From contig NC_043014.1 in assembly GCF_006345805.1 (NCBI RefSeq), positions 31,124,001 to 31,188,000 of the forward strand: a stretch of 64,000 bases of DNA, given 5' to 3'. The notes under the pieces are model-generated. The model made no database searches, was not told the DNA's origin, and saw only the letters and a program-made list of their open reading frames with translations. Origin of the DNA: Octopus sinensis. Lineage: Eukaryota. How positions within the stretch are numbered: position 1 is the stretch's first letter; each line of letters starts with the position of its first letter. The position numbers were made by a program, and so were the translations under genes. This document shows positions 51,911-62,958 of the stretch, piece by piece.

Positions 51911-52489
51911 CATGAGTATATCTGAAAGTAAACTCATGATATCCATTTGCATATCATGAAATAATAACTTTTATTCCAGCAGGGTATATACTATACTTCC
52001 TTAATTATCTCCTACTGTAGTTAACACTAAATTAATTAAATATGAAGAACTATATGTGTTTCAGTATTAGAAGATTACAATATATATACATACACCCAAT
52101 TGTATACATATATATATATATACACACACACATATATAAATATATATATATGCAATCATCAGATTTACAATTATTCAAACACATCTTCAGGTTCTTTTTC
52201 AAAATATTATAAATCTAAATTTTACATCCCTTTAAAAAATAAGCAATAAAATTAAGCATTAAAGATTAAAAAATTAAAAAGTGAAAAAATCAAATTATAC
52301 TTTGTAATATTAAGAATTAAAATTTATGAATTATTCATTATAAATATGAATCATTATATATATCAACCTTGTAAAGTCAAGTATATAATGTCAAATACAA
52401 ATTATAAGATATAAAATATACTTCAGAATAAAAATGTCTGTGTTTAAATGTGAAATATAACAAGAAAAATTCAAATACATATCTTCCTT
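51911..52489 (-). repeat. Right arm of the roughly 575-bp inverted repeat
   Basis: Reverse-complement match to 48956-49529. Confidence 0.93.
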
Positions 52490-53486
52490 TTTTGCTGGTA
52501 CCAGGATTAGTTTTCAAAATATATATACACATACATACATACATGCATATGTTTGTATGCGTGTGCGTGTGCATTGTCCCCCACCTCTGTTTGACAACTG
52601 GTGTTGGTTTGTTTATATCTCTGTAATTTAACAGTTTGGCATAAGTGACTTGTAGAATAAATACCAGATTTTGAAAAAAACATAAGTACCGAGGTCAATT
52701 CATTTGATTAAGCCCTTTCAAGCTGATGGCCCAGCATAGCTGCAGTCCATTGAATGAATCAGATGAAAGATATGAGATAGAATAGAAGAGAGAGAGAAAA
52801 TACTACTAGAGAAAGGGAGAGGAGGAAGAAAAAAAGAAAACATGGATGGAAGGAAGAAAAATAGCAAGAATATATGTTTGTTTGTATATATATATGAAAG
52901 TTTGATCTTGAAGTTAAGGGGAGGCTGGTAGCAAATAAAAATAACAGAAGGATTGGACAACCAGAAAAGACAAGGCATGTACTCACCGCAAATTAGAAAT
53001 AAGGTAAATTAGATAGATATAAAGAACAAGGCTCAAATATACACAGTAAAGGCTGATAAATATATGGTACAGGTATATAAAGTGTATATAGAAGGATTTT
53101 TTTTCTAACAAAGAGAATGTGTTACTAGGGACCAATATGCATGTAAATGTATATAATCAAAAATTTGTGCTAAGAAAATATATATATGTTCTAACACAAG
53201 GTAGTTTTGGTGAATCCTTGTGCTGTATAATTTTATAGAGATTTGTTGTGTAAGGCTGGAATGATGTACAAAGGGAAAAGAATGAAGGTACAAAGGGAAA
53301 AGAAATGGAAACAAAGTTGCAATTTTTAACTTGTATGTATATTAATACATTCATCACACAGGTATAAAAAATAAATTTGTCCCAAAACATTTTAAAAATG
53401 GGTTGGGTGGGTCACTTTCCAATATAATGATTATACTAAAAGTGTAATCTTATACATATATACACACTGACATGCATATGTATGTG

Positions 53487-53567
<81 letters not shown>

Positions 53568-53879
53568 GCAAACACACACATATAAATATATGTACATGCA
53601 TACATATACATAAGAAACATATACAAAAAAATACATACCCACGTGAAGCTATTTCACCTTCAATAAAGTAATATTTTACTCTACTTTTGGTATTTGAGTA
53701 CTGCTTTCTCTACCTTGTTTTGCACCTGTGTGCTCATGTGTGTGTATATTGCTCCCTTTGTAAGTTTTGGCAGCTCTGTACAAGAGGAAGCAGCAACAGC
53801 TGAAAAATGAAAATACATCTGCTGAATTTTTAACTGAAAAATATTCTAAGTCCATTGAATAAACAATATTTTAAAAATC

Positions 53880-55010
53880 TAATCGTGGAGACAGTATTCC
53901 ATCTACAGAATGAAATGACAAGCTTATTTTTCTTGATTGAAAACATGGCAGGATACTAACTTCAAATATGATTTCAAGTTTAGAAATAATAAAAGAAAGT
54001 TTATATTTCATGCCATCAGATAAAGACTAAAAACTTATATGCTGGCTCCTCTCTAAATGTAGGGCATTTATAAGAAGGCAGACTATGCTTTATATCATTA
54101 AGTGAATCTAGAAGCAAAAAGAATTGTGACCAGCCTAAATGTTAGTGATAGCATAGGGTGTCTATCCCTGCTTGAGCCTTTCATTACCTTTAAAGACCAC
54201 AAAACTAATTTTAGAAGAAACCCCAAATGTAGATTTGTTGTTCTGGCTAAAACTGACATAGGAATAATTAATAAAAAATATGTTAGATTCCATTGTTCGT
54301 AGGATTAGTAACAGTATACATTTTCCTTTATGAAATAACATCATGTCTGTTATAAACTGGTTTTAAGAGCATTAGCAATAAACATAACTGTAGGTTTACT
54401 CAGTTTGACATTGTGGTCTTTTACCTGTCAATAACAAGGTCTCTACTGCTTAAAGCACTTACTTTTGCTGAAGAATATGTTCACATAAGTGAGTCAGAAA
54501 CTGATATCATTCTGCACATTAGGAAATTCTGTTTTTTAACGACTTAACCTAAGTGTAGAAAAGTGCTTTGTTTGATGTGTCTATAGGACAGAGCAAAATT
54601 ATGTATGCTTATAGGCATATATATTTAATACCGTTTACATATAGAACTCCCCCCTTCTTTATGGACAAGTCTATACAGGGATCATGATATTACCTTATTG
54701 CCACCTGTAATACAAATGGCATGAGCTTGATAGCCTTAGGAAGAATCTTATCATATTTTATCATATGGGCTTAAAAATTACAGTTGACATAAATCTTAGT
54801 GTTAACTTTTTATATATCAACTTAGATTTGCAGCCTAACCCTTTTAAACCTTATTGTAAGTCTAATGTGCTCTTTAGTAAGTGTTCAAATCATCTGTGCT
54901 ATATTCTCAAACATCTGCTTAGTAATATGAGCAAGTGATTTTCCTCCTTGTTATCAGACAGGGCATCTTTTAATGGTGTGTCCTTGTACTACGATTTTGC
55001 ACCCTTTGAT
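53880..55010 (+). mobile_element. Penelope-like element reverse transcriptase remnant
   Basis: FITFKDHKTNFRRNPKCRF, FKSISNKHNCRFTQFDIVVFYLSIT..LLLKALTFA, FDVSIG, AKLCMLIGIY, LYRDHD (for YRDD) and GLKITVDINL. Confidence 0.85.
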
Positions 55011-55220
55011 ATATGTTTGATATATAAGCAATGCAACATGATAGATGGTTTTCCATAGATCAATGATCCCTTTTTGTCCATTTTCAAAATTAGTTATAGC
55101 ACATCTTTTATTGTTTTACTGGCCTTTAATTCTTCTATTTCTCCAAGATGGTATTTTGCAATACAGTTCTACATTTAAGAGATGAGGAATTATGTACATT
55201 ATTTACATTTGAGGGATATT

Positions 55221-55294
55221 TTTCCCCATCTTGTTTGTTGTTAACACGTTTCGGCTGATATACTCGCCAGCCTTCTTCAGGTGTCTTGGGGAAA
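55221..55294 (-). ncRNA. Penelope-type minimal hammerhead-ribozyme-like motif, probably inactivated in this copy
   Basis: gacac-CUGAAGA-a-GGCUG(10-nt loop)CAGCC-GAAA-c-guguu; distal stem I uuucccca/uggggaaa; no room for a canonical NUH triplet. Confidence 0.5.
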
Positions 55295-55360
55295 TTTTGA
55301 ACCTGGGTTCTCATTCCTAAGGTATTTTTCGGTGTTATTATTATCATTGTTATTATTGTC

Positions 55361-55528
55361 ATTGTTCAGGTCACTGCTTGGAATTGAACTCAGAATCTTG
55401 GGGTTAATAGCCCGCGCTTTTACCCACTACACCATATCTTAGACCACAGTCATATGGCATAGTGGTTAAGAGCGCCGGCTGCTAACCCCAAGATTCCATG
55501 TTCGATTCCAAGCAGTGACCTGAACAAT
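55361..55528. repeat. Head-to-head inverted pair of tRNA-like Pol III heads (arms 55361-55437 and 55452-55528)
   Basis: Plus arm has A box tggcatagtgg and B box gttcgattcc; minus arm has tggtgtagtgg and gttcaattcc; (TAA)-like tracts lie outside both arms; no complete cloverleaf, so not a tRNA gene. Confidence 0.85.
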
Positions 55529-56072
55529 AATAATAATAATAATAATAATAATAGTAGTAGATCCACATTTGAAACAGATACAACTTTGATTTTGACTAAT
55601 CGGTTAAGTGAATATGATCAAAAGAATAAACATTCATTTAACAAGGCTGGTCATTGTGACATTAATGTTAGAGAAGGCATTCATTGTAAATTCAATGAAT
55701 GGCTTCCCATGCCAAATATGCAGCTGTTTACATTGTGTGCGCGTGTATGCATATGAATTCTATCTTTCATTCCTTTGTCTCTGTCAGGTTTTCCATGCTA
55801 GAATGGGTTATGAATATATTATTAAGTCATATTTTTACAGCTGGATGCTACACACACATACACACAAAATGTTAAATCACAATGAGTATGCTTGTATCGG
55901 ATATCATATCCACCAATGTTCATCCTAATACACAAAAAATTGTGTTCATAATTGTTGCTGTGAAGTGATTAAGAAATTAAAATTGACTCTACAATGCAGC
56001 TCTATTTATATTTTGACAGTAATGTTTACTATAAATAGATATTATTTATGCCCAGAGACATTACTATTTATG

Positions 56073-56154
56073 TCCCCTAAAAATTACTCACAAAACTTCA
56101 GCTGGCATGATTTCCCCTAAAAATTACTCACAAAACTTCAGCTGGCATGATTTC
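56073..56154. repeat. Perfect 40-bp tandem duplication
   Basis: cccctaaaaattactcacaaaacttcagctggcatgattt starts at 56074 and 56114. Confidence 0.95.
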
Positions 56155-56298
56155 AAATCATTTTCCGCTTTCAGGAAATCTAAAAATCTGTGTTTTGTTT
56201 TTTTAAATCTATTAAAACTATTTGGGGGCAGACCCTGAATATCTGATGTTTATAAGAAAATTCTAAACTCCTAAAAAGAAAAAGGAAAGGTTACTTGA

Positions 56299-56450
56299 CC
56301 CTCAAGCATTTAAACTGGCCTCTCACACCTACCCTACAATGTCATTCTAAAAATATACAGTCACATCATTGAAATCTCAAAGCTATGAGTTAATTCAAAA
56401 TAATGTTAATAGCTATTACATTTGACAAAGTAATCTGAATGCTAAAGGGG
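56299..56450. mobile_element. TTAA-flanked MITE, internally deleted
   Basis: ccctcaagcatt...gaatgctaaagggg|ttaa. Confidence 0.65.
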
Positions 56451-56553
56451 TTAATAAAATAAGTACTGCAGTAACTGAATATTAAAATTTAATTTAGACT
56501 TATTTAAGTACATTGAGATTATAAAAATTGCATGGTTTGTTCATTAACACTGA

Positions 56554-57071
56554 CCTTTCAGCATTTAAACAGGTCATATCTGGCCCAAATATTCTACTTG
56601 TTTTTTGTTCAAACTGGCCAGATCCAGACTCTCACACCTACCCTACCATGACATTCTTAAAATGAACAGGCATAGGCATGCTTCTCAGCTACATGGTCCT
56701 AGGTTCAGTTCCACTGTGTGGCACCTTGGGCAAGTGTCTTCTGCTACAGCCTCAGGCTGACTAAAGCCTTATGATTAGATTTGGTAGACAGAAACTGAAA
56801 GAAACCTGTCCTACCAGCGTTGATGTGTTTACATCCCCATAACCTAGTAATTACCAGGCTTAAGAAAAGAGTAAGTACTGGGGTTGATACATTCAACTAA
56901 AAATTCTTAAAGGCAGTGCCCCAGCATGGCCACAGTCTAATGACTGAAACAAGTAAAAAAAATATAAAAGATACCACCAAAATCTCAAAGCTACAAGATA
57001 ATGCATGATTAATTCAAAACAATGTAGATAAATATGCATTACATTTTAGAAAGTAGTCTGAATGCTAAAGG
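56554..57071. mobile_element. TTAA-family MITE split by a family-A SINE (about 56669-56960, plus strand)
   Basis: The two MITE halves join to give the sequence seen at 38420-38637. Confidence 0.75.
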
Positions 57072-57551
57072 ATAAAGGCAGGTGCATTTTACAGCCTAAA
57101 CCAGTAAAGTTCACTTTTGAATTTGCTTGTTTCGTTTAAGATTTGGGAACTCTTCCATTGTATTTTGTACAGCTGTTATATATCTGGCTAAACACTCCTC
57201 TTTTTGTACGTCATAATATAAAACAAGAGTCAGCATGTATTAATGTATACAAGAGATATTTTTTACTAGGATTTCATTGTCTGTAATTAGTGTACGTTAT
57301 ATATGAGTGCAAACTATACACACATATAAATGTGTGTGCGTGTGTGTATCATCATTGTCTAACATTCAGTTTTCCCTGCTTGCATGGGTGAGATTTTCTA
57401 TGGCCAGTTCTCTTCCTGTTTCTAACTTTCACCTGTTTCCAGGCATCATATCCTCCATGGACAGAATGCTTGTCATGCAAGACTGGAAATGAGCACTATT
57501 TTTAGTATGATGTCTATTACCACCAGGTGGATGATATATGTGAGTGTGTGT

Positions 57552-57601
<50 letters not shown>

Positions 57602-57726
57602 TAAATTGGAGATAAAACCACTATTAGGCAAATCAAACAATGAAAAACTTAAGCCAATACATAAAATTATTTAATTTAAATTATTTTAAATATATATCAA
57701 AAGTATTAAAAGATTAAAAAATAATG

Positions 57727-57809
57727 ATTAAAACACTACGATCGTTTCATGGCTGTCCAATTCGTAATAATTCGAGTTATGGTTACAGTCAATCTTCAGG
57801 TGATTGAAT
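57727..57809 (-). ncRNA. Penelope-type minimal type I hammerhead-ribozyme-like motif
   Basis: Stem I auucaaucac/guguuuuaau (8 of 10 pairs), CUGAAGA, stem II ugacugu/acagcca, GAAA, palindromic ACGAUCGU stem III, GUA cleavage triplet. Confidence 0.6.
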
Positions 57810-58114
57810 TATTCTTTCTCTCTTCTTTCTCATGTAAATTGCATATTTCATGTCTTCATTTTCTCAGACTGCTCCAAAACAACAACAGCGATAACAGCAA
57901 TAATCTTTCTCTTTCTCCCCATTTAAACTTTTCCTTTCACAAAGTATTATTTGCCGTTCTACCTTGATCTGTCACGTCTATACTGTTGTTGTTATTAGGG
58001 GTAATGATGTTTCGGATCTTTTCGGTTTGAACGGCAGTTTTTTCTAGCGGTGTCATATGAAATTTTCCCCCATAATTATGACCCTAGTATCGATCTATTG
58101 CATTTCAATCTGTT

Positions 58115-58147
58115 TTAGGGTTAGGGTTAGATAGGGTTAGGGTTAGG
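58115..58147 (+). repeat. Short interstitial (TTAGGG)-like tract within an interspersed repeat (about 57995-58195)
   Basis: ttagggttagggttagatagggttagggttagg. Confidence 0.7.
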
Positions 58148-58428
58148 AGTGGGGCGAAGGGTATCTTTTTTTCTTCAGAAATGTAAATAAACCCTATATA
58201 TATATATATATAAAATCTAGTTCAAATTTACAGAAAACAAAAGGCAAAGACAGGTGAAGGAACAACAAGCAGGTGTATTAGTTTAATACTCAGGAAGAAG
58301 GGAAAAATCTTTGATGTTTCAAGCCCATGCTCTTTGACAGAAAAGGATTAAGAGGATAAAAAACAGACAGAGGAAAAAATGTATTAAGGATTAACAGTTC
58401 GACATGATGAAATATATATATATATATA

Positions 58429-58820
58429 CTCTTTTACTTGTTTCAGTCATGTGACTGTGGCCATGCTGGAGCACCACCTTTAGTCAAGCAAATTGACCCC
58501 AAGACTTATTCTTTGTAAGCCTAGTACTTATTCTATCGGTCTCTATTGCTGAGCTGCTAAGTTACGGGGATGTAAACACCAGCATTGGTTGTCAAGCGAT
58601 GTTGGGAGGACAAACACAGGCACACAAACATATACACACATATATATATATACATATATACGACGGGCTTCTTTCAGTTTCCATCTACCAAAACCACAAG
58701 GCTTTGGTTGGCCTGAGGCTATAGTAAAAGACACTTGTCCAAAGTGTCACGTGGTGGGATTGAACCCGGAACCATGTGGTTCGTAAGCAAGCTACTTACC
58801 ACACAGCCACTCCTACGCCT
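58429..58820 (-). mobile_element. Full-length family-A SINE
   Basis: Reverse-complement match to 41611-41997. Confidence 0.9.
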
Positions 58821-59735
58821 ATAATATATATATATAGATTCATAGACTCATGTAGCTATCACAGAAAGCTCTCCAGTGACTTAGCTAAGAGACCACATAG
58901 TAATCTAATACAGAGGTGTACGATGCAGAATGTCCATGCAGCTGAAATTCAGGAGATCCGATCAGTGAATTTATTTCATTTGATAAACCATAAAAGGTCA
59001 GGAGGTATGAGAGGTGAATATATTTATTTAACCAGTTGTTATCCTTAGGATTATGGCCCTTTTGCAGCCTTCGTCATGCATTAATAATGTTGGTGTATAA
59101 TAAATTATGTTTAGAGTTGAAGAATTTGTTTAACCACGATTTTCTGGTGATCTGTATAGCTAGCCTTCTATATCTGCATTGATTTGTAATTGTAGTGTGC
59201 ATTGTGTAGCATACATATTGGTGCCAACACATAAAATTATAAATTATGCACTGAAATTATTATTACATAACGAATACTGCGAAACAGCCATAATCCTACA
59301 GATATCAAGTGGTTAAATATATTCATCTCATATACCACCTGACTTGTTACTTTTTATGGTCTATGCACTTCTCACGACATATATATATATATATATATTA
59401 GTCAGCTCTGACCAAATTGACCTATAATCAAAGGCATTCCAGCCATGATTAGCCCTTGTGTACACGAGGGAGAGACCAGGAGCCAAATTGTACAACATAT
59501 TTTTAAAGATAGTATTGTGTGATTTGAAGGAGATTTGGCTGCTATTTCTACCACACTGAGTGCCCACATAGAGGCTCATTTGGTTACTGTAAGTTTCATT
59601 CTCACTGATTGCTCTTGTCCCATACCATCTGTCATCACCTCACAGGGACCAGAGAGGATGGGTTCTTTCATTACCTTTTTTTAATGATCTGTATATCTTA
59701 CTTAACATGGATTTATAGTAAGGGCATACACCATA

Positions 59736-59934
59736 CTGGGGTATTCATCTCAAGAAGGCATCTTGCTTAGACATATAATGCTAAAAGGCACAAAAGTATC
59801 AGTGGCAGACAAAAAGTGTCCAGCAGCGACAGTAGAATTGGGTATTGACACTTTTCATCTGCCATTGATACTTCTATGATTCTTAGCACCACTATGCATC
59901 TGTATGATATGTCTTTTCAAGATGAATACCACAG
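59736..59934. mobile_element. 199-bp foldback MITE with TA target-site duplication
   Basis: ta|ctggggtattcatct ... agatgaataccacag|ta; inner arms aaaagtatcagtggcagacaaaaagtgtc and gacacttttcatctgccattgatacttct. Confidence 0.8.
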
Positions 59935-60579
59935 TACCGTGGCTTTCTAACATTATATCCATGTTTAGTTAGATATACAGATTGCTATTCTGAACAAATA
60001 CTGCTTCTACTGCTACTCACAATTTTTTGCCTTCTTTAGTATTTTACTGTCACAAGAATGGGAGGAAAGAAGTACCTACAACTATTATCTTCATGCTGTA
60101 GTGTTGTTATTAAACTCTAGCTTAGCCTTGGTTAACACATAAAGTGCAACGGGCCATCAGGCACAGGTCGACAGGCCACAATCATGGCCCAGATAGATGC
60201 ATTTAATTTATGGACGTTTGTTGGGGTCTAATGTCACTCAAATGTTCTGACCCCCCCTCCAGAATGCAAGAAGACTAATAGTTCAACTAATGACTTTTCA
60301 GGTGATGTAAAACTTGTTACCATTATATACTAAGAAGATATTTTAAATATTTTTTGCTTTTTATGTGTGCATGGTGGTCTCATTGTCATAAAATGTACTC
60401 AGCAGTCCATGCTATGTAACTGCAAATCCCAGCGCTTTATGGGTTAAGAAAACATAAGTTTAAAAACAGTACCAACTGGTAACCAGCCCGTTTTGATTCA
60501 ACCATTATTTATCCAAGACCTCTTTGTTCATTGTGTTTTAAATTTTTTCTCACGCGCACACACACACATAACTGGCACT

Positions 60580-60860
60580 TGTGCATTTTGGGCAAGTGTC
60601 TTCAACTATAACCTTGGACTGATCAAAGCCTTATGAATGGGTTTGATAGACCAAAACTGAAAGAAGTCCTTCATGTGTGTGTGTGTCCCTCACTATTATA
60701 TGACAGCTGATGTTGGTTTGTTAATGTTCCCTTAGTGGTTCAGCAAAAGAGAAAGATAGAATGGTTCAGATTGTAAATATACTGATGTTCATTTGTTTGA
60801 CTAAACCCTTCAAGGTGGTGCCCCAGCATTGCCACAGTCCAATGACTGAAACAAGTTAAA
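60580..60860 (+). mobile_element. Family-A SINE (5' truncated)
   Basis: Match to 41690-41997. Confidence 0.75.
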
Positions 60861-60916
60861 AATACAGGATAGAAGATGTGTGTGTATGTTGCTTATAATA
60901 ATCATTGTTATTGTTG

Positions 60917-60948
<32 letters not shown>

Positions 60949-60950
<2 letters not shown>

Positions 60951-61160
60951 GGTGGTGAGCTGACCAAAATGTTAGCACACTGGACGAAATGCTTAGTGGT
61001 ATTTCACACGTCACTACATTCTGAGTTCAAATTCCACTGAGGTCGACTTTTCCTTTCACCCTTTCGGGGTCGATAAAATAAGTACCTGTTGAACACTGGG
61101 GTCAATGTTATCAACTTAACCCCTCTGCTAATATTGCCGCCCTTGTGGCAGAATTTGAAG
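60949..61160 (+). mobile_element. Near full-length family-B tRNA-derived SINE following (ATT)n
   Basis: aaggtggtgagctg head, B-box-like gagttcaaattcc, tail gcccttgtggcagaatttgaa; about 10 related copies in the window. Confidence 0.85.
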
Positions 61161-62309
61161 CGAATGTTGTTATATGTGGAGGGATGCCTGTGTAGTTCCA
61201 CTACTATTTGGTTTCAAGTTCAGTCCCACTGTGTGGCACTTGGATGGTTGTTTTCTAATATTATCTTAGGCTGACCAACATCTCCTAGAGTAGAGGCATG
61301 CAGCCCCCCCCCCCACTGTTTAAATCGTCCATTGCTCATCCAATGTCAACTAAATTTAACCGAAATCAATATTCAATCAGAAATTTAATACAGACACTAA
61401 ATAAAAGAAAAGAAAAAGAGCAAATAATAAAATATCATTAGTAATATCTGAAGGGTAAAAATATTGAAAAAGAGACAAATTAGTGTGATTTTGATAAAAT
61501 TTGTGATAAATGTCACCATGACCCACTAAACATTTTTGTGTAGTCCACTTCTAGACTATATTGGCTACCTTGTGCATCACTGATATAAAGTACCATTGAA
61601 GGTTTTATGTCTTTCTCTATACAATGTATTTAGCATCTACAGCTTTTCTCTCTCTCTCCCCACCTCTCACTATCTCTCCATCTTCTTTCTTCCAGTTCTT
61701 TTTCTCCGTCCTGTCTCAGTTTCTCTTTCACTCCCTTCCTCTCTCACAGACCATCTATGCAAGCAATAGTTGCGTGTGTGTGACATTAGTGCTGACTACT
61801 AGTTGGCAGGTGTTGAGTTCAAATCCACTTGCTGAGCCTTAAAACAGGCAACCAAACCAAGCACCAAATTCTGCATTGTTCCTTCCATTGCTATCCAGGA
61901 CACAAGTTGTAGATTGGTGTAGGTATTTCACCTTCATTGGTTTTCTCTCAAACAAATAGAAGATTTGTCCCTCCCATTTCTATTAATACTACATAACTGT
62001 CTGTCCTTCTAAGATTTTTGCTGATTTTGGAGAAGGATGGATACTCCTACACTGTCTCCCCTTACTCCAACACAGTACTGTATGTGTGTGTGTGTGTTGT
62101 GTTTTATATATTATTTTCTATGTTTATAAATATTTATGTATATGCAGCCCCCCTTTTGATTGGAGGGGAATATTAGCCTGCTCACCCAGCCAGTGGGCTG
62201 ATGTTGTTTGAAGGCTAAAACAATGCAAAGTGCATTGTGACCAGCAGTGTGTAACATCTGATAGTCTGATTGGTCACATGATCATGTGATATATATTCAT
62301 GTATTTATA

Positions 62310-62369
<60 letters not shown>

Positions 62370-62379
62370 ATATATATAT

Positions 62380-62442
<63 letters not shown>

Positions 62443-62524
62443 GTAGACAGATAGATAGATAGATAGAAATGGCAAGATAACAAAAGAATGAAAGCGACCT
62501 CGATATTATGTAAATAGCGGAATT

Positions 62525-62644
62525 TATCTGTAAATATAATATGTGACAATTATTCATTCAGTAGCCATGATAAAACTCTGACATCCGAAACTCAGAGTTT
62601 TATCATGGCTACCAAATAATTGTCACATATTATATTTACAGATA
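62525..62644. other. 120-bp near-perfect hairpin (two perfect stem blocks, 10-nt loop)
   Basis: tatctgtaaatataatatgtgacaattat/ataattgtcacatattatatttacagata and gtagccatgataaaactctga/tcagagttttatcatggctac. Confidence 0.95.
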
Positions 62645-62958
62645 TATACATGTATATATATATGAACAGGTGCACTGTGTGTCAGGTGTCAAAGTGATCA
62701 CAGAGCGACATGAGATGAAGTGTTTTGCTCAAGAACACAATGCACCACCTGGTCTAGGAATTGAAACCACAATTGCTAGATCGTGAGTGCAACACCCTAA
62801 CTACTAGGCCATGCACCCTCACATGTGAGCTTGTATGCAGCATGAACATTTGATCACTATAAACAAATTGTTTGTGCAGGTTGTTTGGCAAAAGCTGAAT
62901 ATTCGTACATGATCTTCGACTGGGGGTGAGGTCATATATATGTGTGTGTGTGTGTGTG

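Noticed and set aside
48956-52489. Intact 3.5-kb transposon with 575-bp TIRs
   Set aside because: No target-site duplication at the outer ends, and the internal hAT relic is far more decayed than the arms; kept only as an inverted repeat
55135-55362. ORF ...TPEEGWRVYQPKRVNNKQ... as a protein
   Set aside because: It is a translation through the hammerhead-like repeat and an (AAT) tract, with no coding support
55452-55528. tRNA-Ser(GCT) gene (ctGCTaa loop, A and B boxes)
   Set aside because: No acceptor stem or long variable arm can be folded, and it has a diverged inverted twin; it is a tRNA-derived repeat head
58115-58147. True telomere or chromosome fusion site
   Set aside because: Only about 5 imperfect units in one orientation, embedded in a dispersed repeat
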